Shown in pieces: positions 51,900-64,000 of a stretch of 64,000 bases of DNA. The notes under the pieces were generated by a model. It did not search any database. It saw only the letters and a program-made list of their open reading frames with translations, and was not told the origin of the DNA. Origin of the DNA: Dipteris shenzhenensis (Eukaryota); the NCBI GenBank assembly GCA_047967505.1, contig CM106538.1; one strand, written 5' to 3'. How positions within the stretch are numbered: position 1 is the stretch's first letter; each line of letters starts with the position of its first letter. Made by a program: the position numbers and the translations under genes.

Positions 51900-52760
51900 T
51901 GCCCTCTAGTACACACTTCCCCCACAAGAACCAATCCCCATACTAATCTCTATTTACATAGACTCATATCGAACCAAGCAATGATAAATCGGAATGCAAA
52001 GGACCATACGGGAATCGTTCCCCACAAGCTTTAAGACAACTGAGCAAGCCAAAAGCACAACAAGCAATCCAACTCTGTTGAATGCAACAATGTCAGGTTG
52101 AAATCCAAAGACATCATGCAAGATTGCAAATACACAGAATGACACTTCTTTTATCTCCGCAAATTTTAGCTTTATGGTGGATGAGGTCAAGCCATTGAAA
52201 TCATGAAGGCCATGATGCACCCTCTCATCCCATTCATTGCACATGCAAGGAATCAAACACAAAGCTACACTACAAAGCCTAGCTGCAGCTTCTCAGTTGA
52301 ATGTTTACACATATAAAAAATACAATTGAAAGCCACTATCCAATGAAATGACCTTCACTCTAGAACACCCCTACCACAGACACTCTCAAACCCAACAATA
52401 GCTAATCAGAATGCAGAGGACCACACAGTGAGTACCACATAAGAATCTGGGTGCAGAGAATCCTATAGCCTTTTTTTTTCCTACAAGATTCAAGACAACT
52501 GAGCAAGGAAACATTACAACTAACAATCCAGTGAATGTAGCAATGCCAACTTTGAAATCCAAGGCAACATTGAAGATTCCAAATAGATAGAATGACATAA
52601 TTTTTTTAATTCCCACACGCTTCAGTTCAAAGGAGGAAGATGAGCCATTCAAATCATGAAGCCTTCCACGATGCACCATCTTAGCCCATTCATTGCACAT
52701 ATTAAGAATAAAAAACAAAGCCACATTATAAAGGTCAAGCACTACCTATCTCATAGACCA
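51900..52760. repeat. Two diverged tandem copies of a ~450-bp unit
   Basis: Shared blocks AAGACAACTGAGCAAG, GAAATCCAA and CCCATTCATTGCACAT at ~52030-52260 and ~52490-52730. Confidence 0.65.
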
Positions 52761-54559
52761 TGCTTTCGTATCCATCTCATACAGTAAAAACATAGCTACT
52801 ATATCTCCCACAAAGGGCAAACCCCACTTATTTATCTCTGTCTACAAAGTGCCTTATTGCATAGAACAACAAGAAATTGAAAGCCACATGATCATACAAC
52901 AATCTGAATTGATAGAATGTTATGATCTCTTCTAAGTTCTCTCTTTTAAGATTCCCATACTTGGAAGTGCTCATAAAGTTGGAGATTCCCCCTTGCAAAT
53001 CTACAACACCACAAATCCTACCTGCACAGATAAACATACTTCAGAAAGAAAAAAGAAACCTAGCTAGAAATCCTATTCTAACAAAGGCCATATTGCTGCT
53101 GCTGCGACCATCCAATTAAATGGCTATACTCCAATCTTTAAAAAATTGATCAAACCCAAGGATGAAGATAAGACATACAATTTTTAGATTATACTGAGCT
53201 CAAAAAACCCCAAGGACATGCAGAGTACAGAAAACGACCAATGAACATTTAGATTATCTCGATAAAGACAATAGTAACTTCAATTGTTAATTCCAAGAAT
53301 TGCATCAAAAGACTATCGACAATCACGTATCAGAAGACTATCGATGGACTAATCCTCATGAATGCAAAGCACAAACTAGAATCAAAGATTTAACCCCGCT
53401 ATATGAAAAGAAGCACATGCAATTTAATAATCCAATGGATCTCACTTGCACCACCAGAACCTGATGTCAAACCCCCAACTCTCGCACAACTCCCTCATGC
53501 AAAGCGAAGACAAGATTCATTGCACCACCAGAAGCAAATCTTCAAAGATGCTTCCTTGCACCAATAGAACCGAAGTTCAAACCCTCCAGATAGAATGTAG
53601 ACCAGCAGAACCAAACACTCGCCGAAACATAGACTTGAGGTAGACACACTTCACTAATCCGAATCTTGAAGCCAACAACACTGCAAAACGTGCAGTCACA
53701 CACAAAATACAAAGCCACAACCTTCCTTTCAAACCGCCCATTGCAAGAGTAACTACCACATCTGAAGCAGAAGGCTTCATGCAAAGTCAAACATAGACAA
53801 CGACCTAGAACTGAGATGAAGAACAACCTTCCCTTCAAACCCTCCACTATAAGAGTTGTCACTAACGGCCGAAGGGGAAACCTTCATCCAACCACATCAA
53901 ACCTTGGTAGTCGAATGAAGAGCCGTCTAGATGACGCTAGAGACCCACCAATCCTAACAATACACACAGCCACCTGAATGCTAGAGGGCCAATGGGAGGT
54001 CGAATCATGAACCAAGCACCACTAGGCAGAGTCATGAAGCTAGACAGCCACCACCAGTCAAAGAGCCACCACCAGGAAGAACTACTTCTCCTCAAACCCT
54101 CCACACAAGCTAGGCTATGTGTGTTGAGGGAGAGCCGCCAAGAGGTTGCCTCCTCTCAATAGACACAGCCCCCCAATAACCCTAACAATAGCCTAAGTTA
54201 ACACAATTGCCACCACCAAGCCTAAGTAACAACCCTAACTAACTTAACCAACCTTTAAGACTAACTTTGACATTGGCACACTTAGGCACACTTCCCATAA
54301 ATAACATGAAAATCACCAACGTTCGCTTAGCCCTTGCCTTGGTAGGCTAAAAATACCAAAATAAGAAGCCCTACTCCTTCATGGCAGGCCAAAAAATGGA
54401 CTAAAACAAGAGCGCATAAGTGGGCATGGGTGGGGTTATTAAAAGGCAAATTTTATAGGGTATTTCATAAATGGCAATTTGTAAAACACAATTACCTAGC
54501 CATTAGGCCACACATGGCCCCCATATGGTGTCCAAACCAGGACCTACTGGATAACCGAG

Positions 54560-55195
54560 CTACTCAAATGCCTTCTCTTTATATGGAGGGCTTACAAGTA
54601 GAGTTAACTAGTTCTCGCATAGTTACATGAGAGTGGAGCATTGATATCTAACAGCCCCCCTCAATGTCCACCCGCAAGTGAACTTACTTTTTTGGCCCAA
54701 TGCCAAGTCGATGAAGATGCCTCTCCAGCAAGTCTCTTCCAAGAGCTTTCGTGAAGATGTCTGCAACATTCTCTGTAGTCAGAGAGTACACCAAGTCGAC
54801 CTCTCCATCCATGAGAAGCTCGCGTACAAAGTGATATTGAATCTCAATGTGTTTTGTGCGAGCGTGGAACACAGGGTTCTTTGCAATCGCCATGCAACTC
54901 TGATTGTCACATGATAACTATGTAGGCTTGTTCTGTACTGCACCCATGTCCCCTAAAATCCTCCTCAACCATACTACCTCACAAGAAGCAAAACATGTTG
55001 ATTTGTACTCAGCCTCGGTAGAAGAAAAGCAACTGTAGGTTGCTTTTTGCTGACCCATGACACAGCTCCAGATCTAAGTGAGAAACAGTAACCTGTCACT
55101 GATCTCCTGCTGTCCACGTCTCCTGCCCAATCCGAGTCACAGAATCTGGTCAAGATGTTGCCCTTGGTATAAGTGATGCCATAATCAAGTGTGCC
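54560..55195 (-). mobile_element. Copia 3' fragment (RNase H, PPT, start of LTR)
   Basis: FCDSDWAGDVDSRRS...VSWVSKKQPTVA and AKNPVFHARTKHIEIQYHFVRE; plus-strand ...CTAACA followed by GCCCCCCTCAA (PPT) at ~54652-54665. Confidence 0.85.
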
Positions 55196-55199
55196 TATT

Positions 55200-57864
55200 T
55201 CAGCACCCGCATCCCTGCCCTCCAATGGGTCTCCCGGGGCTTATTGGAAAACCTGCTTAGTACACCAGTCTGGAGTATCTAAACAAAAGATGGTGTTGAG
55301 ATGCAATCTTTATTTTCATTCAATATAGCATACAATAGTTACGAACCCTTATTGGCTCACGCCATGTGGAGGAGGAGTCATGGAAAGGTCCCAAATTTGC
55401 TTCCAATCTCCTACAGTGAGTGACTGTGGGAGGACTTCATTCCAAGGGGTGACATATCTAGGATGATCAGGTGGGAGAAATTGATGGTGATTCTCATAGA
55501 TGACCTTATTCAAGTCCTCTGGCCGTGAAGCAACTAGCAAAGGACCACAAACATGACATGCATGGTAACCCGATGTAGTGAGACCTAAACAATAGACACA
55601 ATTGCATAAGCAAGGTGGGTTCCCAATGCCACATCGATTGGCTACTCATAATTAAAAGTTCAATGCTTACCTGAACACTCGCCATAGCCTGGGAATTCAT
55701 GCATCATCCATATCAAAACTGCCTTGCATGTGAAGTCTCATGATGACGAGGGAGGCCTGCTTACGTCACGCACCTCCATACCTCTCCAAAGTATCTCCAG
55801 TTCATTAATCAAAGGCTCCAGATAAACATCCACGTTTTTGACTTTATGTTTCCCTGGAATTAGAAGGGATAACATAACATGTCCTTTCTTAATCGCCACA
55901 GAGGATGGAAGATTATAATTCATCAATATCATTGGCCATACACTGTAAGAGGTGCTTTTGAGACCAAATGGGTTCACACCGTCCATATCCAATCTAAGTC
56001 TCAAGTTTCTAGGTTCTTCCTTGAAGCTTGGCCACGTGTCTTCAATATGCTTCCATGCAAGAGATCTCCACTTGCCATCGGTTGATCGATGGGAGGAATG
56101 CTATGACATGAGCTCTGCAAATGGATTTGCACTTGATCCCAAAGGCGAGTGCCCATCGTAGTAGCTCGTCATGACATGGCAGTAGGCATAGTAGCAAGGA
56201 GAGCTCTGGTACAGGATGCATGGCACATTGCTTTGGGGACATCACTCGGGGCGGGGAGGATTCAGATGTAGACGTGCCAGAGGGTGATGGTACGATCTAC
56301 TATGATATCACTTAGATAGGCGACATCTTGCAGGATGCATAGGGGAAGGGTCCTTCATGCGCTATGTAGTTCATAACAACTATAGAGATTGCTTTATTCC
56401 ATTCAAAGAGCAAAAAGAAAGTTTGGTTGAGGATACCATCAAGACTATACGCAGGAGGTATCCCAATCCAGAACGTATTGAGTTCACTAACAAATAGGAA
56501 AAGACAAAGATTACCACTATTCTTGCCAATAAGAGGTCTTTGCTTAAGAGGCAAGCAGTAGCCGAGATTACCTAGAGAGGGAGGACAAGCACCAAGGGAC
56601 TAGCCATACACTGCTCATAAGTGTGAGTAGAAGAAAGCGATGAAGGTAGCGAAAGAGGACCTCAATCTGTAGCACACGGAGGCACGACGGATCTAGATGG
56701 AGCGATATGGAAACGTGCATTTTGAAGCAGGGGGTATTGCATCATGGGAGGCCCAATTTATAAGCATCGATCTCAAATTATATTGTGTCTATGTGGTCTA
56801 TTAGGAGGTTGTTCCTTTGTACTAACCCCTCTGTAAATTGTGTCATCTTGCACCTTGATATCGTGGACAAATACCCTACTCCTGCCGAGATAACCTACCA
56901 TTGTGGACATCGCAGGCGACATACTTGGAGGCACTTCTATGATGAGAGTTGATTACTAAGAACTCAGGAGTAGTATATCCGAGCTACTAGAGTGTCCTTG
57001 CAGGTATTTAAAAGTACATAAAAAATATCAATGTCGTAAATAAAGATTTAATTTTTCATACATTGATACATGTTATCCCTCGTTTACAGGGTCCTAGGGA
57101 TATTGAGGAGAAAAAAGATGAGGATACTGAGGAGGAAGAAGGAAATGAAGAAGGCTCTGATGATGGAAGCAAGAACGAGAATGCCTTCGATTAGTCATAG
57201 AAGTACTGCTAGCTATTCTTTTTTGTACTTGAAGCCACAAGATGCTTGGTTTCGTGCTATATGTATATATAAGCACTTTTTGGGCTATGAATTAATATAC
57301 ACTCCTCTTATTTTCTGTACTTGAAGCCATAGTGGCTTGGCTTCGTGCTATATGTATATACAAGCACTTTTTGAGCTATGCATTAGTATACACTCCTCTT
57401 ATTTTTTTGGCATTCAATTTCCTTTTGCAATGTCTTATCAATGAATGTTTTGTGTTTTGGAGTTGTAATGTTTTATTTGAAATTGTAATCATTGGCTATG
57501 GACGTGCGTGGAGTCATGTAAATTAAAATGCTGTTAGCTGTAAGAATTATATTACACACTGTAGAAGTGGGGTTTTTACAACCACATAGCATACACAACA
57601 TTCTATTCAATCACACAACATTCTATTCAATCACAGATCATTCAGTTTTTTTAAAAAGAAAAATTCTACAGAGCATCTATAAGCATGTCTTTTCATAAAT
57701 TTTTTTTTTTTTTACAGAGCGTCTATTAGTGCTTCTATACGCGCATTTCTCTGTTATATAGATGCGGGTCTATAGACACATTAATAGACGTGCTAATAGA
57801 CGCGTCCCTCAACTTTTTTTTAAATTCAAGAAACGCGTCTGAAAACGTGTCTATGGATGCAGTG
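55200..57864 (-). mobile_element. Truncated CACTA/En-Spm DNA transposon
   Basis: Tnp2/Transposase_21-like LDMDGVNPFGLKSTSYSVWPMILMNYNLP...YLEPLINELEILWRG (55738-56004). Minus-strand terminus CACTG at 57864 with clustered subterminal ATAGACGC/GCGTCTAT repeats (~57670-57855). Other end not found. Confidence 0.8.
57212..57405 (+). repeat. Two-copy ~93-bp tandem duplication inside the CACTA element
   Basis: TGTACTTGAAGCCA...CACTCCTCTTATTTT occurs twice. Confidence 0.8.
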
Positions 57865-57899
57865 TTGTTGCGTTGAGTGGAAGAAATCCAAGGATGATG

Positions 57900-58540
57900 A
57901 ATATGATTCATTGACACATAACAATACATGAAATTTGGAATCATTACCAAAAGGAAGAGAGGCCATAAGTTGCATAGATGGGTGTTTAGAAAAAAATATA
58001 ATACAAATCATGGAAACCTACATAAATAAAAGGCAAGACTCAAAGCTAAAGGGTATTCACAAGTGCTAGGGTTAGATTACAATGAAACTTTTTCACTTGT
58101 AGTAAAACTCAAGATAGTTTCTACTCTCTTGGCATATGTAACTCAATGTCAAGATCTATAAATTCATCTTGAGTAACATTTTTGAATGGTGATTTAGAAG
58201 AATTGATATACCTAATGCAACTTCAGGGATAATTATGTAGATAAGGATAGTTTGGTTTCTGCTTGTCATTGATAAAATTCTTTTTGTGGCTTCAATGCAG
58301 GTATCTAGAGCAAAGATGGTTACTTATTTGGAGAGTGTGGGATTTCACTTATTTGAAGAGTGTGGTATTTCACACTTCAAATGTAGACACCCATCTCTCT
58401 ATGTGAGTTTTAATGAAGGTGATGTATTACAACTCGCACTTCATGTAGATGACATGTTTCCTTTTAAGAATGAAATAAAGGCTATTGAAGATATCAAAGC
58501 AAAACCGCATGGTTTAGTGGATGTGGGGGAGTGTCTAACA
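57900..58540 (+). mobile_element. Old Copia RT fragment
   Basis: PKGREAISC, KARL.AKGYSQVLGLDYNETFS and LALHVDDMF remnants. Confidence 0.75.
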
Positions 58541-59175
58541 AACATATAATTCGTGTTTCATAGCGAAAATATATGGAATGCAGTATTGTAATGAAGTAGT
58601 TACTCCCATGGAGACAAATTGTCCTCTCAAAGCGAAAGATGATGCTGGGCAAAGGTACGACCTGGAGTTCAGATGATGCTCTCGAAATGCAAGACATGGT
58701 ATGTTCTGCTTGGAGACCAGAATGGCAAAGCGTGTCCTGTGTTATTTGAAAGGCACATACAATCATTGGATTTGCAAAGATGCAAACTCGGGTGGAGACA
58801 AAGACACTTGCACGTCAACATGATGATCAGGAGAATGTTTTATGTTATGCAATGCTACTGTTAGTTTCGGCCGAAATGCTGTCCTACGTTTCTGTACCAT
58901 ATTATTACATTCCATGGAGGTAGGTTTAGTTAATTTGTTAATGAATCGAAACGTTCAAACGTTTATCTGCTCTTCCATTGTTGCATCCAATGTTATCGAT
59001 CTCTCCCTCCTTGCGATTGATCATCAATATCAAACAGCCTTTACAACTGGTGAAAACGCGAACGCGTGAAATGCTTAGCAACAACACATTATACAATGAT
59101 GCACGTGCCGAATGCCAGCATGATTGTCCTCTACCCCTGCCAGTTTTGAAGGGTTTAAAAGACTCACTTGGACTT

Positions 59176-62100
59176 TTACTCTTCTGGATTCAATTGATGA
59201 AGGCATCGAAAGAGCTGAGAGTGGAAAAAATGCAGTTCTTGATCGAAGTCATCTTCTTCAAGTATTCGAATGATCCGTCCAGACGAAACGTCTGTTTGAC
59301 CTTCCTTTATATGAAACAGGGACCGTCCAAACTGCGCGCAATTCAGCCTATATTAACATCGAAATCTGATGAAAACGTGCGATGAGCAGCCCCACGAACA
59401 ACATGGCTATGGCTTACTTTTGTGAGGTACGACTTCTCACTAAAAAATATGGCCAACGTTGCGTCTGGGATCTGCAAGCATCTAAACGCCAAATCCTGAG
59501 AATTGTTTGAGACATCTAAGAATTCTTCGTGGGAGTCCAGATGCAGGTGCGGTATTCAACTTGAGACTAAAATACCTCTAGTATTTCGGTCCGCAAACAC
59601 AGCCTAGCGCAAGCTCCCGCTATGCGCATCAGGCTTTGCAATGTTAATAACGACACATCGTCTTCTTCCTGCATACACTCCTTGTTCTTCCTCATGGCAA
59701 GGTAATAAGATCGAATCAGTTCGTGAGCTCCACTAGTTATACTGATTGACACAATGCTCGAGGCTGCAAACAAATGTTGTTGCAATTCTGTTGAGAGATT
59801 GCTTTTCTTTGTGCTGTCGTTAAGATCCAAGATTAGATCTTGCAGGATCTCGCAGTCGGAGTGTCCATCACCCGGATCAGCCAAAATAATATCAAAACTT
59901 CGCAGCAAAGCTGGATGGAGTGGTTTTGTTTTGGGAAATGCAAAAGCTTCGCAAAATGGAAGTGGATCATTGGCGCGGTTTCTAGGAACGTCATGCGAGG
60001 CCCAGACGGTGATATTCCATGGCAGAGAAATGTCAGGGCTCCGTTTCTGTTTGATGGCGGGATTCTCCATTGCATCGCATAAGATCCTAGACTTTGATTT
60101 TGAAATTACTGATAGATCAAGAAGGAGAACGCCCCCGCTACTCAGCATAAGGCTGCCTGAATAAAGCATGTGCTTGTCTTTAGAAGGATCTTCAAGCTTG
60201 ATCTTATTCAGAAAATCGTCATTTCCCGAGCTGTCATAAACGCTTCTGGTCGCATAGAGCGCTGCGCCTTGCAAAGATTGAAGAGAAACATTGGAGGAAA
60301 AGCTGGGGGTGGCAAGTAAGACATGAATTTGTTTTCGACATGTTTTGGCTGTGGGCAAGTCGAACAGGCTGTGAGCGACATCTGGATGAGAGCTAGAATC
60401 ACTTGCTATCAGACTCAGCAAAAGAGCGATTGGCAAGAATTTAGGCCAAAGTTTGGTCCCCGGACCATGGCAGATGGCATTGCTGAGTTTTTCTAGGGAG
60501 ATCATACCGTCCTTTCTGCGAAATTGGCTATGAAGAACACGGGAAGCGAAAAGTTTCAGAGAGTTGAGATTGTATGGAGCGATGATGTTGTTGGCCTTGA
60601 TTCGTAATTCGGCAAAACGGTAACCGTTCGTAGGCAGCGGTGCTGTAGCAACCATAGATGCATGACCAATCACTGCCACGCAATCACCGAGTTGAAGCTT
60701 GTCTGTAAGATCGTCAAAGAGAGAAACCGGAATCGTCCGAGAGAAAGGTCTCCCTGATTCCTGCATTGCGACGGTTGGCACCGGACCGAGCAAAAGCTCC
60801 TGTGTTCAAATGTAAGCGGGTTCTTATAAGAAAAGCTCCCAAGATTCCGGTAGAGTAAGGCTGAAAATTGCAATCTCGATATTACACAGATTGGCAACCT
60901 GGTGCGGAACGCAGTCGTGGGAGCAAATGTCTTCTTGCAGCCGTGTGTAACAGCAGCCCGAAGGAGGCCGGAGTTCGGTGCCGTGATAGAAGTCGCATGC
61001 CTGGTTGCAGATTTCGCAAACGAATCTCCGCCGGAAAACAGTGCGAACATAGTTCGTCAAGGACAAACGTTATTACTCTCGAAGACAAGCACGCTGCAGC
61101 AACGGGACCATTAAAACAGCCGGGGGTAGATAGAGATGAAGATGTTGGTGCTTCAATTAACCAGAAGAGACGAACATCTGACGAAGTCTCCAAACACCAC
61201 GATGCAAGGGAAAATATATTGGACAGAAACGTTTCGACCGTAGAGTCCAGATGAAATAATGCAAAAGTACGGTCGCAGAGATTAAGGAGGCGGGATGAGG
61301 ACATGCAAAGCTCATGGAAAAATAGAGATCAAAGGGATATTACTACTTACGATTGTCAAATCGCAGCTCTGCGCATGAGCGGGAAGCAAAGAAAATGAAG
61401 AATGCCGAAACAAACATGCAGGTGTTGGAAGAAATCCGAAGGTGCACACAAGAACCGAGTTTCGGAGGCCAGTAACATGAGCATAAGTTAAACATGCAGG
61501 TACCTTAAACATGAAATTGCAGAGCATACCTTAAGCATGAAATTGCCGGAAGAAATCCGGAAGCCAATTCCTAGCATGAAATAGCAGTACTAATTAATGG
61601 CTTCAGAAGTGGAAGGATATGTTCTGGAGACGGAAGAAATGGCGTAGACGACGCCGTAGACATGAACGAGATGTTCCCGGCCTGTGAATCCGGCAAAGCT
61701 TCGATGCTGGAGGGAATCGACGGGGATGGCAGGGAGGGGGACGGAGGAGAGGCGGATCCAGAGGCGAGAGCCGCGAGCGAGGCCGCCATGGCCATGGATG
61801 CAGGAAGAAGGAGGGGCACCGCGCCAGAGCTGAAGATTTGCAAGAAATTGGAGGATGTGCTCCATGAGGTGTGTGGCAAACGCATCAGGATCAGAGAGCA
61901 GGGAATTACCGAGATGTTGATCATGCTCCAAGAGTTCCATGGCGTCAAGGTTGAGCACGTCCATCTGCTCATCGCTGCTCGCAATGCTCTCCATGATCTC
62001 CTCCATCGTCTTCCCTGCAGCCAGTTTCTGCTCCAGCCATTGCTCCGCTAGCTTCTCCACCATCAGGCTCCAAGAATCGCTGCTGCTGCTCGCCTTTGCT

Positions 62101-62456
62101 GAGTACATCGCCGCCATAGCCGATGTCGGCATCGGCATTCTCCCCTCATCAAACAGCTCCCCGTTGTCTGCCTCCTCCTCCTCCTCCTCTCCTCCCTCCT
62201 CCTTCTTCTTCTTCTTCTTCTTCATCCCTGCAATCCAGCTCTGCCTTCCATCACTCCCGTGCTTTGATCCTTGCTTGGTTATCCAAGACATTTCGACGCT
62301 TGCCATGGATTTCCCCCCGATCTCTGCCTTGTTCGGCCTCTTCCTCTTCATCTCTGTACCGCGACTGCTACGTTCCATGACTGTGATGCCGCTGCTGCAC
62401 GATCGTGCTCCAGAATCGTTCATCGCCACCATCCTGCAATGACACGCCTCTCTCAT
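59176..62456 (-). CDS. MCMDC2: MCM domain-containing protein 2-like (degenerate MCM ATPase), 5 exons, ~803 aa
   Basis: Model complement(join(62456-61621, 61040-60899, 60799-59576, 59471-59418, 59331-59176)) = 2412 nt, open throughout. MCM N-terminus and OB fold (VHVYGVVYAIS; LTDKLQLGDCVAVIG), Zn-finger-like exon (FVCEIC...CC), AAA+ core with degenerate Walker A (IHVLLATPSFS) and Walker B (GGVLLLDLS), LLRSFDII, lid LQSLMRIAGACARLCLR, PDATLAI. Start codon choice uncertain. Confidence 0.75.
61041..61620 (-). other. U12-type AT-AC intron (intron 1 of the MCMDC2-like gene)
   Basis: 5' site ATATCCTTCC at 61620; branch TCCTTGAC at 61063-61056; CAC 3' end at 61041, 15 nt downstream. Splicing restores the frame (SVSRT-VFRRRFVC). 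Confidence 0.88.
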
Positions 62457-62699
62457 CTCCTCTTGGCCGCAATCTAGTTGTAGGCTTCTTATAGTGAATT
62501 TAATCTAAAATTTAAAGGCTTTCGTTAAAAAATAAATAAAAATAAATGCCCACTTATATTGCTAGACAGGGGGAGGGGGAGTACCCCAATAAAACTCCCT
62601 TAACACATAGGGGCAATGCCCTGACCACGCATTTCAATTGCGCCAAACATTGGCCTTCTAAAGATTGCGTGGACTCAAGGACCTTAGAGATGTCCACTA

Positions 62700-64000
62700 G
62701 GGATGTCTTAATACCAGCCAATATGAGACCCTCAATGAACACTGACTCCCCAATATTTCAGAAGGCTAACTGATTCCTTACCAGCCAGATAGAGCAGCAA
62801 ACCACACCCCTGATATACGGCCAACATGCCTTTAGGGTTGAGGGCAGCCCATGAGAGTCACCAAGCGGAACTAATTTCCAGTTGCTACCAATCTTGAACT
62901 TGGTCATCAACCCCGATTTTCTAACAGCAGCCTCTATCTTACCCCAAATATTCCTAGACACCGAGCATCTCCACATCAGATGTTGAGTAGACTCAAAGGC
63001 CACTTCTAAACAATGGGCATTCAAGATTTACACAAATCCTTTTCGCTAATTTTGCTCTAACCGGTAACGACAGGTGGATCGGCTTCCATAAGATAAAGCT
63101 ATATTTACCACAACGACTACCACACCAAATCTCTTTAAATTTGGTTCTCCACCACCCGGCTGTTCTGCATAGACCCCATTTGGTATTTAAATCATATGCC
63201 ACCAACTGACCATTCATCAACCTCTTATATAGGGTCCTTGCCATAACTTTCCTTAACTGAACCTTTCCCACATACCACTGCAAGCCACGCCTATCCAAAA
63301 CAGTTGGAAGGCCAACTCTCAGGGATTGTTTTCAGGATTTGATGCATGAATGCAGTCTCTTGAACTGTCAAATGGAAGTTGCAGCTTATATCAACCAATG
63401 GGTACCGATCTCCCTTCCTGGGATTCCAAATCTAAAACCAACAGTGCAAACCTTCTTAAAGATACTTCTGGCAAGAGGCAAATTCAGACATGCTACCGGC
63501 TAGTTATTGAGCATCACCGCCTTACTCCACCAAATGGACTCATATAGGCTTGCATCCCCCTCAAGCCTTCGGAACATTTCCAACTGTATTTCCCTATAAT
63601 CATCTTCCAGGCTGATACTAAACCCCCAATCAAGTCAGAACCATTTATTTTCATTGGAAAATCAGAAAAGAGGCAATCATATGTGGTAAGACCTTTCCAA
63701 AACCCCACTAAGTTTGGGTTGTAACCATTCTCAAGGAACCACCTAGTCAACTCAATCCAAGGATCCACGTCTTTAAACATACGGGGGAGCCACTTATCTA
63801 TAAGAGAGACATTCTCGAGCGCCACATCCGAAAACCCTAGGCATCCTTGAAATTCAGCAGCTTTAAGCAGATTCCAGGGAATATAATGCATCCTGCACCG
63901 CCCATTATCCTCTGCCCAGAGAAAGGAGCGGAGTACCTTCTCTATTTCTAGCCACTAGCTATTACGAAAGTGCCATACCAATGCTAAGTAGGTGGTGCTT
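62700..64000 (-). mobile_element. LINE 3' portion (post-RT and zf-RVT), decayed, runs off the window
   Basis: HYIPW...GCLGFSDVALENVSLIDKWL; KYSFILWKPIHLSLPV...CPLF; ESTQHLMWRCSVSRNIW; CSIWLVRNQLAF. Confidence 0.85.

Noticed and set aside
59754-62442. Plus-strand ORFs overlapping the MCMDC2-like and PPR genes
   Set aside because: Antisense shadows of real coding exons with no recognisable motifs.

Overview
Repeat-dense nuclear DNA from a land plant, probably a fern or other seed-free vascular plant (inferred from the PPR motif style). About 0.5-34.5 kb is nested, decayed retroelements: a Tat-like Gypsy containing a short Copia, a LINE, and an Athila-like Gypsy containing two Copia elements. 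All three Copia elements have exact 5-bp TSDs. The standout is 36.5-41 kb: a decayed, intron-containing RAG1/Transib-like DDE transposase followed on the same strand by an intronless, divergent histone H3 gene with a very long repeat-containing N-terminal tail (now a pseudogene), then a ~225-bp hairpin. This suggests a DNA-transposon family carrying its own H3 variant; element termini were not found. Further right are a disabled PLS-E-DYW PPR gene (46.3-48.4 kb), Gypsy/Copia/CACTA remnants, an apparently intact 5-exon MCMDC2-like gene (59.2-62.5 kb, minus) with a U12 AT-AC first intron, and a LINE fragment. All calls come from manual reading and translation; no database searches were run.
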